A stretch of DNA of 64,000 nt from the NCBI GenBank assembly GCA_037134575.1, contig JBAXLW010000002.1:5181-69180 (forward strand). Direction: 5' to 3'. A program made the translations under genes and the position numbers. This DNA comes from Verrucomicrobiota bacterium (GTDB lineage Bacteria; Verrucomicrobiota; Verrucomicrobiia; Verrucomicrobiales; Akkermansiaceae). Of this stretch, positions 47,193 through 56,283 are shown piece by piece (the first letter of the stretch is position 1; each line of letters begins with the position of its first letter). The notes under the pieces are model-generated. The model did no database searches, had not been told where the DNA came from, and saw only the letters and a list, made by a program, of their open reading frames with translations.

Positions 47193-47566
47193 AGACCGTC
47201 ACCATCCTCCGCTTCCTCACGTTCCTTGGTTCTGGAATGTCCACGCTCGCCGCACTGGATCTGGCGGGTATCGCCCAGCTCTTCGATCCGACGATGGCAA
47301 AATACCTGCTTGCCGCCGGTCCCGCCGCGCTCGCCGTGAAAGAACTGGTGGTCGTGCTTGGCGATCTGTTTGACGACGGCAAGCCAAACCAATCGTTCAA
47401 GGTTGGACTGTTCTGTTTGGCAATGGGTGTTCTGACCTTCCCGTTTCTCGCCTCATGCGCCACGCCACCTGCCATCACCGGCGAGTTCATCAGCAAGGAC
47501 GGCGTGATCAAGGTTTACCCTGATGGTCGCCTTGAAATCGTCGTCGAAACCCGCACCTCCAAGTAA
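47189..47566 (+). CDS. Putative holin-like membrane protein with internal lipobox
   Basis: Three hydrophobic segments and LASC; directly upstream of the peptidase. Confidence 0.55.
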   Translation: MKTVTILRFLTFLGSGMSTLAALDLAGIAQLFDPTMAKYLLAAGPAALAVKELVVVLGDLFDDGKPNQSFKVGLFCLAMGVLTFPFLASCATPPAITGEFISKDGVIKVYPDGRLEIVVETRTSK

Positions 47567-47569
47567 GCC

Positions 47570-48004
47570 ATGAACACGTTCAGTGATTGGTTTGCTTCCC
47601 AGGGATTTCGTAACTTCGGCGCGGGTGAGTTCACCAACTACTTTGCCCGTGAGCGCAAGGGCGTGAAAAACAGCCTGCCGTCGCGGCTGCTCTGGAAAAA
47701 CATCGTGCCCGCTCTTCGCATCGTGGACGAACTCCGCGATTCGTTCGGCAAGTCATGCACCATCCTGAGTTCCTACCGATCGTCCGACTACAACAAGGCG
47801 GTAGGTGGAGCATCATCCAGTCAGCATCTTGAGTTTACCGCTCTCGACATCGCATTCGACGGCATCAGCCCACAGCGCGTCTATGACCGGCTGATCGAAT
47901 GGCGCAAGGCCGGCAAGTTCACCGGAGGTCTCGGCATCTACCCATCATCGGGCTTCGTCCACATCGACACGCGGGGCCGCAACGCCACCTGGAAAGGCAA
48001 ATAA
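47570..48004 (+). CDS. Peptidase M15 family endolysin
   Basis: SSYRS..YNKAVGGASSSQH...ALDI, FVHIDTR. Confidence 0.88.
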   Translation: MNTFSDWFASQGFRNFGAGEFTNYFARERKGVKNSLPSRLLWKNIVPALRIVDELRDSFGKSCTILSSYRSSDYNKAVGGASSSQHLEFTALDIAFDGISPQRVYDRLIEWRKAGKFTGGLGIYPSSGFVHIDTRGRNATWKGK

Positions 48005-48007
48005 GTC

Positions 48008-48268
48008 ATGGCACGCGGACTCTTCATCACCGGCTTCACGATTTCCGAGGTGCTCGCCATCCAATCGCGGGCTAAGGAATTTCTCATCGAGGGCAAAACT
48101 CTCATGACTTGGAACGAGGCGGGCAGCTCTGCCACCAAGCAGTTCACCATGCCCATCGATCAGGTGCTTGAGGAATGTGCCCACGCCCTGCGGATTCTCG
48201 ACCCTGCCACCTACGGCAAAGCCCGCAACGTGGCAACTTCACACATCATCGGCCACCTCCCGAAATGA
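48008..48268 (+). CDS. Head-completion (gpW-like) protein
   Basis: 86 aa, positioned immediately before the portal as in lambda. Confidence 0.55.
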   Translation: MARGLFITGFTISEVLAIQSRAKEFLIEGKTLMTWNEAGSSATKQFTMPIDQVLEECAHALRILDPATYGKARNVATSHIIGHLPK

Positions 48269-49656
48269 TCCGCCTCAAGCACATCGCACACCTGCTCCTG
48301 CCTCCTGTCCTCGTCCCCAAGGCATGGGGCTCACCTTACGAATCGGCCAACTGGTCGCCGCGTCGGGGGCACGTGCCTGGAGCATCCCCTACCGACGCCC
48401 GAAATGAACTCACGTCGGGAGTGCGCGCCGAGCTGGTTCGCAAGTCCCGCTACATGCACAAGAACAGCGGCTTCGTGCGCGAACTGGTCGCGAACATGGC
48501 GATCTACTCGACGGGCGACGGCATCCGTGTCCAAGCACAATCACCCGACCAAGCATGGAACCGCGCCGCCGAAGCCTACTTCGCGATGTGGTCGTCCCGC
48601 TGCGAGGTGACACGCCGTTTTTCCTTCGAGGAATGCCAAGCACTCGTCTGCCGGGGCATGGACATCGACGGCGAGTATTTCATCCACAAGACCCGCGACT
48701 CCCAAGGCGAACCGCGCATCCAGTTGATCGAATCCCACCGCGTCGGCGATAAGTTCGGCTCACAGGAAACCATCGACGGAGTGGGTCTCGATTCTTGGGG
48801 CGCACCGATGTTCTATCGGATGCTGGAAGACGATGGCATCCACAACGATCTACCCGCCACCTCCATCCTGCATATCCACGAACCTGAATGGGCAGGCGGG
48901 GTGCGTTCTCATCCGACCATCCAACACTCGATCAACCACGTGCTCGATGAAATGGAATTGCTCGCCCTCGAAAAACACGCGGTCAAAGACAATGCCGACG
49001 TCTCTCGCATCCTCAAAACAGCACGCGGGGAAATCGACGACAGCGGCGACTTCATGGTCGGCGGCGCGGCTATCGGCACTGAAAACAGCGACCCGGTTTC
49101 GCTCCAACGCATCGTCGGCGGCAAGTTGATCGCCCTCAAACCCGACGAGTCACTAGACAGCTTTCAATCGAATCGCCCATCGCCCACCTTCACCGGCTTC
49201 CTTGAACACTTAAGACGTGACTCCGCCCTCGGGATGATCCCCTTCGAGTTCGCAGCGGATTCAAGCAAGGTGGGCGGCGCGGGCGTTAGGTTGGTCGTAG
49301 CCAAAGCCGACCGTCGCTTCTCGTTCCGCCAAATGATCCTCGAAAGCCGCCTCATCAAACCGGTTTGGGCGTATGTGATCGGCGACGCGATTTCCCGTGG
49401 ATCGCTCCCCCCGATACCAGGGTGGTGGAAAATCAGCACAGTGCCACCAAAGCGTGTTACCGTCGATGCCGGACGCGAGGCTCAACAGAATCGCGCTGAT
49501 GTGGAGATGGGCCTGAAAACACTATCGGATCACTTCAACGAACAGGGTGCCGACTTTGGCGAGGAAATCGAACGCCGCGCCAGCGATGCCAAGCTCATTC
49601 TTGAGACGGCGGCAAAACACGGCGTGCCGGTCGAGATGCTGTGGAAGCCAGTCTAA
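48265..49656 (+). CDS. Portal protein (lambda family)
   Basis: VRKSRYMHKNSGF, DIDGEYF, IQLIESHRV, GMIPFEF, VDAGRE; start MIRLK. Confidence 0.9.
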   Translation: MIRLKHIAHLLLPPVLVPKAWGSPYESANWSPRRGHVPGASPTDARNELTSGVRAELVRKSRYMHKNSGFVRELVANMAIYSTGDGIRVQAQSPDQAWNRAAEAYFAMWSSRCEVTRRFSFEECQALVCRGMDIDGEYFIHKTRDSQGEPRIQLIESHRVGDKFGSQETIDGVGLDSWGAPMFYRMLEDDGIHNDLPATSILHIHEPEWAGGVRSHPTIQHSINHVLDEMELLALEKHAVKDNADVSRILKTARGEIDDSGDFMVGGAAIGTENSDPVSLQRIVGGKLIALKPDESLDSFQSNRPSPTFTGFLEHLRRDSALGMIPFEFAADSSKVGGAGVRLVVAKADRRFSFRQMILESRLIKPVWAYVIGDAISRGSLPPIPGWWKISTVPPKRVTVDAGREAQQNRADVEMGLKTLSDHFNEQGADFGEEIERRASDAKLILETAAKHGVPVEMLWKPV

Positions 49657-49712
49657 AAAAGGGTTGCAAAAGCCTTGACTACAACAGGTGCCGAATAGCA
49701 CGATAACTGGAA

Positions 49713-50663
49713 ATGAGCTATGATATTAACAATTATGTTTTCAAGGGGGTTCCGCTTAGCGAATTTGTCGCGAATCTCAGCAAGCATCCGGCAGGCACCT
49801 TGGTTCATTTTACCAGCGAAGACAACACCAAGAATTTTCTCAGAGTCGATGATGCTCTCGTGGCAAGTCTCCACGAGACCCAAAAGTCGTTAAATTATGA
49901 AATCAACGGAAGACCGATTGAAGTCTCCAAAATTGCTGCAGCCGTAGCTCAAGAGCAGAGCAGCTTTAGTTTCGAAGGACCCAAGGTTCTTCTTCTGCTG
50001 ACGATCTTGAGAGCATGCGGGATCGCAGTTAGTGATCTCCTGGCAGTCAAGGAAGAGTCAGATCCCAATCTCCAAGCCGACATAAAGGGCCCCTTTAACT
50101 TATTTGGCGTTAAAGGCCTCCCTCTTGTCGAAATGCATGGAGAGACGCTTCCTATGGGCTTGATTGAAATACCCTATGAACTGCAAGGTCTTGTCTGCGT
50201 GGCCAGCAAAAAGGAGAATTGGAACTTGCTTCGAGATCCTAGAACTGACCCAGAATCTCACGAAACTTTGGAGCCGGCGCTAACTCTTGATCTCGAAAAG
50301 AATATCGAGTGGGCTCTGAATTCACCAACTTCCAATGAATGGGACACATGGAGGGAAGACTACTGCGCCATGCTCATCAATTGGTTCATTAAGCCTGGCG
50401 AGCAATATGTCGAAGAAGACGACTGCTGGACAAGCGATGTCGGTGTTCAGTCTACACGCTACGGCACCGTGCACCAATTTGGGGGAATGGGGGATGGTGA
50501 GATGTATTTGATCGTATCTGGAACTGAGATGTCTGGCTACGATGAAGACGGTTGGAGTGATCCGGAAAAAGAAACGCCAACGGCTTACAGGAAACTTAAG
50601 GAACTGCTCTTCGGAGATCTCGACTACCCGACAGAGAAATACACTCCTCAATTCGGGGGCTGA
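49713..50663 (+). CDS. Hypothetical protein (moron)
   Basis: 316-aa AT-richer ORF between portal and protease, with its own upstream TTGACT (49675). Confidence 0.75.
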   Translation: MSYDINNYVFKGVPLSEFVANLSKHPAGTLVHFTSEDNTKNFLRVDDALVASLHETQKSLNYEINGRPIEVSKIAAAVAQEQSSFSFEGPKVLLLLTILRACGIAVSDLLAVKEESDPNLQADIKGPFNLFGVKGLPLVEMHGETLPMGLIEIPYELQGLVCVASKKENWNLLRDPRTDPESHETLEPALTLDLEKNIEWALNSPTSNEWDTWREDYCAMLINWFIKPGEQYVEEDDCWTSDVGVQSTRYGTVHQFGGMGDGEMYLIVSGTEMSGYDEDGWSDPEKETPTAYRKLKELLFGDLDYPTEKYTPQFGG

Positions 50664-50719
50664 TTTGAGCCGTCACTCTGGCTGTCTTCTCCCAGCTCCG
50701 TTGACACAACCGACCGGGC

Positions 50720-52033
50720 GTGAGCCCGGTAATTCAAAATCGCGAATGGTTGATTCAGCCTGATGCACTTCGGTCGATGATCGCTGCTGCGGATTCTTTC
50801 CGTGCGCTCGGCAATCCAGTCGTCCGTGACCAAGCATCCAGCTCTCTGCTATCCGTTGAAGATGGAGTGGCCACGGTATCAATCAGCGGCCCCATCATCC
50901 GCAAGCCCGACATCTTCGCCCGGGTGCTGATGGGCGCGACCGACTCCGAGGAAATCGGATCTGCGATTCAAGAAGCCGCCTCGCGTCCCGACATCAAAGC
51001 GGTGTTTTTGGACATCGATTCTCCAGGTGGAACCGTGGCCGGCACTCCCGAGCTAGCCGCTGCGGTTTCCGCCCTCGATAAGAAGAAGCCAGTCTATGCC
51101 TTCTCATCCGGCCTGATGGCGTCCGCCGCCTACTGGATTGCCAGCCAAGCGCGTGCGATTTACGCCACGCCCTCCGCACAAGTCGGGTCCATCGGTGTCG
51201 TGCAAGCGGTGGTCGATCGTTCGGCAGCCATCAATGCGGCAGGCATCAAGGTGGAGGTTTTCTCGGTCGGCAAATACAAGGCGATGGGCGCTCCAGGCAC
51301 TCCGCTCACCGATGACCAGCGTGAACTCATCCAATCAAACCTCGCAGAAATCGCCGCCGAGTTCCACGATGCGGTGCTTTCCCGTGGTCGTGCGATTCCC
51401 GCCGAGGCCATGGAAGGCCAGACTTTTAGCGGCAAGCAGGCCCAGCGCCACAACCTCGCAGGCATGGTTCCCGACCGCGCAGAAGCCATGCGCCGACTCA
51501 AAATTTATCACACCTCGGTTGACACGAAATCACGGGTGATGACTACCGCACTCGAAGACCAACTCCTCGAAGCCCGCACGCAGGTCGATGACCTCACACG
51601 GGACCACCAAGCCCAAACCGAACTGCTCAACGAAGCATCGACTCAAGTCGAATCGCTGCGCGGTGAAGTGGAGCTACTTGCCGCTGAAATCGACACGCTC
51701 AAGGCAGAGTGCGACGAGGCGAAAATCGAATCTACCAACCTGATCGCGCAACGAGATTCCGCAACCGGCCAAGTCGCCACTCTGCAATCCCGCTGCACCG
51801 AGCTGGAGGCGTCCCAAACGGATTTCGACCGCAAGCTGCAACTCGAAGTCGCCCGCGTCGTTGCCAGCACCGGCACCACGATGCCCGCCCGCGTCACCCC
51901 AGCTGGTGACACCAACCTAGCCGCCGATCTCCATTCGCGCTTTGCCGCCATCACCGATCCCACCGAGCAGACCGCCTTCTGGCGCAAGCTCACCCCCGAC
52001 CAACAATCTCTCATTCTCAAACACCAAGCCTAA
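50720..52033 (+). CDS. S49 (gpC-like) prohead protease with C-terminal coiled-coil scaffold
   Basis: DIDSPGG, MASAAYWIAS, GSIGV, GKYKAMG; coiled coil after about residue 274. Confidence 0.9.
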   Translation: MSPVIQNREWLIQPDALRSMIAAADSFRALGNPVVRDQASSSLLSVEDGVATVSISGPIIRKPDIFARVLMGATDSEEIGSAIQEAASRPDIKAVFLDIDSPGGTVAGTPELAAAVSALDKKKPVYAFSSGLMASAAYWIASQARAIYATPSAQVGSIGVVQAVVDRSAAINAAGIKVEVFSVGKYKAMGAPGTPLTDDQRELIQSNLAEIAAEFHDAVLSRGRAIPAEAMEGQTFSGKQAQRHNLAGMVPDRAEAMRRLKIYHTSVDTKSRVMTTALEDQLLEARTQVDDLTRDHQAQTELLNEASTQVESLRGEVELLAAEIDTLKAECDEAKIESTNLIAQRDSATGQVATLQSRCTELEASQTDFDRKLQLEVARVVASTGTTMPARVTPAGDTNLAADLHSRFAAITDPTEQTAFWRKLTPDQQSLILKHQA

Positions 52034-52042
52034 TAACTCGCC

Positions 52043-52939
52043 ATGCCAAACACACTCACCAACGTCAAAGACATCAAGGTGGCGCAACGTGCGCTCATGC
52101 CCTTCATGTCGAACCTCCTGCCGGTCACGGCATTCTCCACCGACTTCAGCCCGCTGCCCGCTGAGAAACTCGACACCATCCGCGTCCCACTCGTTGGTGC
52201 GCCCAGCGTGTCGAGCGACTTCACCGGAGACTACTCGTCGAATGCAGATGCCACGGTCACGGTGGTTCCTGTCACGCTCAGCCGTCACAAATACAAGACC
52301 GTCCACGTCACCGCCAAGGAATCCGCCGAGGTCTCCTTGAACGTGCTGGAAACCCTAGTAGAAGCGGCCGCCCAGCAACTCGCCCAAGACGTGTTGGTGG
52401 ACATTTTTAGCTGCATCACCGCCGCCAACTTCGGTGCTCCTGGTATCGCTGCCCTGGCACCAACCGCCTTCGATTACAAGAAGGTGCTCGGCCTGCGGGA
52501 AGCCTGCGGCAATGCCAAGATGCCGCCGAACCCACGCTCGCTGGTGCTCGATTCCGGCTACTACACCAACATGCTCGCCGACGACGTGGTGGCCAAGAGT
52601 TTCAACCTGAACCTCAACGCCCCGGCCGTCACCGAAGGCATGGTCAAACGAATCGCCGGATTCAACCTCCACGAAACGACCCTCATCCCGTCGGATCACC
52701 CGGAAAAGCTCATCGGTTTCGCCGCCCACTCCAGTGCGGTCGCCGTGGCCATGCGCTACCTCCAACCGGTCGCTGATTACCAACAAGCCGGTGCCGTCAC
52801 CGATCCAACCACGGGCATGACCTTCGGCTACCTCCGCTTCACCGACACCCGCTCCAACAAGATCTTTGTCACCCTGGAATGCCTCTACGGCTTCGCGGCT
52901 GCCAAGACCGACGGACTCAAGCGCATCGTCAAACCCTGA
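52043..52939 (+). CDS. Major capsid protein
   Basis: 298 aa after the protease, followed by a strong terminator; HK97-fold-like C-terminus (LECLYGF). Confidence 0.8.
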   Translation: MPNTLTNVKDIKVAQRALMPFMSNLLPVTAFSTDFSPLPAEKLDTIRVPLVGAPSVSSDFTGDYSSNADATVTVVPVTLSRHKYKTVHVTAKESAEVSLNVLETLVEAAAQQLAQDVLVDIFSCITAANFGAPGIAALAPTAFDYKKVLGLREACGNAKMPPNPRSLVLDSGYYTNMLADDVVAKSFNLNLNAPAVTEGMVKRIAGFNLHETTLIPSDHPEKLIGFAAHSSAVAVAMRYLQPVADYQQAGAVTDPTTGMTFGYLRFTDTRSNKIFVTLECLYGFAAAKTDGLKRIVKP

Positions 52940-52970
52940 GCCACTCTCCTGCAAATGTGGATCATGGGAA

Positions 52971-53007
52971 ACGCCCTCTCCGGGAAACTGGAGGGGGTGT
53001 TTTGTTT
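52971..53007 (+). terminator. Rho-independent terminator
   Basis: 13-bp stem ACGCCCTCTCCGG-GAAA-CTGGAGGGGGTGT (with G:U pairs) followed by TTTGTTT. Confidence 0.8.
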
Positions 53008-53033
53008 GAGGTGATTGACACCATGCGCAGTGA

Positions 53034-53342
53034 GTGAACTCTCTCCAAGTCGCCGCCGCAGAGGCATTCGTTGAAATCCTGCGTGACGCAGGCGTGCCAG
53101 TGACCATCGGTGGCAAGGACTATCAGGTCATGGTCTCGCCAAGCGGTCTTGCCATCGATCTTGAGGAAGGCGGTTTTACCCAAGACGGCGCACTCACGGT
53201 GAGGTTGCTCGTGGCACAACTGCCAGTTCCGCAGCCCGCCCACAACGACACGATCCTGATCGGCGGCGACCGCTACAAGATCGACGAGATCAACGGCAAA
53301 CCCGGCGCAGGCATCATCGAATACCGCGTGGCTCGTCGCTAA
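53034..53342 (+). CDS. Head-tail joining protein
   Basis: Position after the capsid; beta-rich gpFII-like pattern (ILIGGDRYKIDEI). Confidence 0.65.
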   Translation: MNSLQVAAAEAFVEILRDAGVPVTIGGKDYQVMVSPSGLAIDLEEGGFTQDGALTVRLLVAQLPVPQPAHNDTILIGGDRYKIDEINGKPGAGIIEYRVARR

Positions 53343-53353
53343 ACATCACCACC

Positions 53354-53755
53354 ATGAATCAAGCGATCGAAGACTATCTGGCCGAACTGATCACCTCCGT
53401 GCCGTTCGTTCCCGCGCTTGCGATTTTCACAGGGACTTCCTCTAACATCCGCCCGCCTGAATCCCATGCGGTTCTGGTTCTAGCAGATTCGATTGAAAAC
53501 GTGGTCGGCCCACTGCATCGAGCGACGGTCAAGATTCTCGTCTCGTCACCCACCGACAACCGGACCCAGCACGCTGCGCTCGCCCATGCGGTCAAGGGCA
53601 TCATGGAAGGTGTGCTGCCTGCGGCGAGCGAGTTCACGGTCGGTGGATTCCGCACCAAATCCCACGCCACTGCAGTGAGTGACGACGACCGCTGGCTCAC
53701 CACCATCGAGGGGATTCTCGGTGTGGATTGGACACCGGTTGACAACCCGCCGTAA
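53354..53755 (+). CDS. Putative tail terminator/neck protein
   Basis: Position and size. Confidence 0.55.
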   Translation: MNQAIEDYLAELITSVPFVPALAIFTGTSSNIRPPESHAVLVLADSIENVVGPLHRATVKILVSSPTDNRTQHAALAHAVKGIMEGVLPAASEFTVGGFRTKSHATAVSDDDRWLTTIEGILGVDWTPVDNPP

Positions 53756-53760
53756 GAGTC

Positions 53761-54075
53761 ATGCCCGCCACCTTCGGAGTCACCAACCTGCACGGACTCG
53801 CACCCGCCACCGGCCACGCTCAGGAATCGTCTGCCGACGCGTCCATCGAGGTTGCCACGCTGCGTGACTCGCTCGGCGTGACGGTGGTGGCCGTGCCGAA
53901 GAAGCTCATCACCCGCAGCATTACCCTATCGGGCAAAGGCACCGTGAATTTTGGCGACGTGGTCGCCGGTGCCATCACCAAAGGAGCAGCGTTCGTGACA
54001 TCGGTCAAGGTGACGGAAAGCAACGATGAATTTCCATCCTTCGAGATCCAAGCAACCGCCTACGACGACGCCTAA
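53761..54075 (+). CDS. Small structural protein (tail-tube-like?)
   Basis: Beta-rich, 104 aa; resembles the next gene. Confidence 0.55.
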   Translation: MPATFGVTNLHGLAPATGHAQESSADASIEVATLRDSLGVTVVAVPKKLITRSITLSGKGTVNFGDVVAGAITKGAAFVTSVKVTESNDEFPSFEIQATAYDDA

Positions 54076-54090
54076 TACCTACCCACTTCC

Positions 54091-54429
54091 ATGCCCGCAG
54101 CATTCAATGAAATCGGAGTCAAGTGCGTCACCGCCGCCCTAGTGGAGAGCGTGGACGTGCAGAAGCAGCTCGAACACAAGATCATCAAGAAAAGCGATGG
54201 TGCGTTCGAAACCGGCAACCGCTACGACCCGTCCTTCAGTTTCTCCATCAAGGGCCGGGGTGTCGTTGAGGAAGATCTTCTAGGTGGAGCCTCCGCCGCC
54301 TATGTGCCTGAGCAGATCACGGGTGGAACCACCATCATCACCACCGTCAAAAACTCCCAGACCAACGAGGACTACGACTCGTTTGAACTATCGGGAGTGA
54401 ACCATCCAGCCGCAGACGGCACTGCCTAA
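54091..54429 (+). CDS. Small structural protein (tail-tube-like?)
   Basis: Beta-rich, 112 aa; resembles the previous gene. Confidence 0.55.
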   Translation: MPAAFNEIGVKCVTAALVESVDVQKQLEHKIIKKSDGAFETGNRYDPSFSFSIKGRGVVEEDLLGGASAAYVPEQITGGTTIITTVKNSQTNEDYDSFELSGVNHPAADGTA

Positions 54430-54464
54430 CTATTAGCAGAACAAGATCACCTGAAAATCACTCC

Positions 54465-54932
54465 ATGAAAGAAGGAACCACCCTGAGCATCGTGCGCGAC
54501 CACGACACCAAACCCACCGAAAGCCGCAACACTCGATTGGTCGCAGCGGCACTCTCCAGCGGCGGCATGTTCGCCACTGAAGCCGCCTATTCCGACACGG
54601 TCGAACAGACGCCCAACGGCGCGAAGCGAACCGTCACCTGGCTGATGGACGGCGCGGCCAAACTCAGCTTTGAACCCATCGAGGGCGCGGAAAGCATCAC
54701 CTTCGATGAGTTCCGCAAGCGCTATGAATCACTCGACTGGTGCGAAGCCAACGCCAACCACCCGATTGCCTATCTGCGGGCGATGAATGACCAGCACAAC
54801 CGGCTGCTCGACAAGGTGAAGACGATGCGCCCGATGCTGCTGATCCGCAAAGGCAAGCGCATTGCCATCGTGCCGAGCGGTTCCGACGAAGCCTCGAAAG
54901 CCACCCGCGAGCAAATCCTTTCCGAATTCTGA
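54465..54932 (+). CDS. Hypothetical protein in tail module
   Basis: Clean ORF with an A/C-rich leader. Confidence 0.65.
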   Translation: MKEGTTLSIVRDHDTKPTESRNTRLVAAALSSGGMFATEAAYSDTVEQTPNGAKRTVTWLMDGAAKLSFEPIEGAESITFDEFRKRYESLDWCEANANHPIAYLRAMNDQHNRLLDKVKTMRPMLLIRKGKRIAIVPSGSDEASKATREQILSEF

Positions 54933-54936
54933 CATC

Positions 54937-55356
54937 ATGAACGACCGCGAACTACAACTGGCCACTGGCATGATCGACAGCGGGGAACGCCGAATCGGCA
55001 ACCTCAAGCTGCGTCCTTATACGATGGGGTCGATGCAGCTGGCCTATCTGCTCAAGCTCACCATGTTCACTCGTGGCAAGGATGATCCACCGTTGGAGCT
55101 TGATGATTTGGAAGAGCAGCGGCAGATCATGGCCTTTGCATGGATGCAGTCGGCGGATGAAGATGACATCGCGGACGCAGTCCGTGACGACACCGTGGAC
55201 CGCTGCGTGCTCAAGTTCTCTCTCAACGTCACCTTCGACATGCTCCCGGGACTGATGGCGGAAATCAACCGGATCAACGCGATGCTTGCCGCATCCAGCG
55301 TCCGCGTCGAAAGCAAGTATCCGTCCAGCAATGACGATGCGCCGGGAAAGTCCTGA
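54937..55356 (+). CDS. Tail assembly chaperone (gpG-like)
   Basis: Upstream of the tape measure gene; ends PGKS* on a GGGAAAG slippery site; start MNDRE. Confidence 0.8.
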   Translation: MNDRELQLATGMIDSGERRIGNLKLRPYTMGSMQLAYLLKLTMFTRGKDDPPLELDDLEEQRQIMAFAWMQSADEDDIADAVRDDTVDRCVLKFSLNVTFDMLPGLMAEINRINAMLAASSVRVESKYPSSNDDAPGKS

Positions 55357-55598
55357 ATCCCGGCTGGCTGGCGAGCGCGGTGTTCACCATCGCCAAGGAC
55401 ACCGGTTGGAGCGAGGACTTCATCATCTGGCAGCTGCCGATGGCGCGTGCCCTCCAGTATTACCACTGCTCGCTCCAAGCGGCCAATCTCTGGACGCTTG
55501 AACCACCCACCGAAGAGACGATGCAGGCACTCGCACCGGACGCGTTGATCGGACTCATCGACCGCATGATTGACGAAACCGAAAGTGACGATGGGTGA
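55344..55598 (+). CDS. -1 frameshift extension (gpT-like part of gpGT)
   Basis: GGGAAAG at 55344-55350; the -1 frame is open (KVLNPGWLASAVFTIAKDTGW...) to 55598. Confidence 0.8.
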   Translation, partial: GKVLNPGWLASAVFTIAKDTGWSEDFIIWQLPMARALQYYHCSLQAANLWTLEPPTEETMQALAPDALIGLIDRMIDETESDDG

Positions 55599-56265
55599 CG
55601 AAGTGAAATTCAAACTGCATGTCGATGAGTTCCAGCGGGCCGCCGACCGGCTCGCCCATTATTCGAAGCGCGACGGCGAGACCTTCATGAAGGAACAGGT
55701 TCGTGGCTTCATCCGGCACCTGTTGGACTTCACACCTCCGAGCCGGGGCAGCACACGCGGTGTGAAGGCAAAGAAGCTGGGTGAACAGGCGATCACCGGC
55801 GACATCCGCGCCGTGTTCCGCGGAGTGTCTGACCCGAAGCGGGCGGATGTTGATTCGGTCGCCCAAATGCGCTCGGTTCTCAAGTCTCGGCGGAAGAGCG
55901 GCAGCATGCGTGTGGCCAAAGGCGGCACCAAGCTCAAGGCACCGAAGGCGCTGATTGCCGAGCTGATCAAGGCGAAGAAGGCGCGGGTCGGCTATCTGGC
56001 ATCGGCGTGGGCCACGGCGGCGCAGAGCGTTGGGAAAATCCGAGTGCCCGCGTGGGTGTCGCGCCACGCCGCGCCCGGTAGCACCGACATCAAGGTGAAC
56101 GGTGGTGAAATTAGCGCGTCGATCACCAACGCGGTGGAGTGGGCGGCGAAGGTCAATGGACTTCGTGCGCGGGTGAATGCCGCGCTCCGGGTGCAGACCC
56201 GTTCCATGGAAAAACGGCTGCTCTATTTCTTCGCCAACGTGAAGGGGAAGTCCGGCTTCGATTGA
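55591..56265 (+). CDS. Hypothetical basic virion/neck protein
   Basis: ORF between the chaperone and tape measure genes; start MGDEV chosen. Confidence 0.6.
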   Translation: MGDEVKFKLHVDEFQRAADRLAHYSKRDGETFMKEQVRGFIRHLLDFTPPSRGSTRGVKAKKLGEQAITGDIRAVFRGVSDPKRADVDSVAQMRSVLKSRRKSGSMRVAKGGTKLKAPKALIAELIKAKKARVGYLASAWATAAQSVGKIRVPAWVSRHAAPGSTDIKVNGGEISASITNAVEWAAKVNGLRARVNAALRVQTRSMEKRLLYFFANVKGKSGFD

Positions 56266-56283
56266 CAAGTCACCCAGTGCTAG

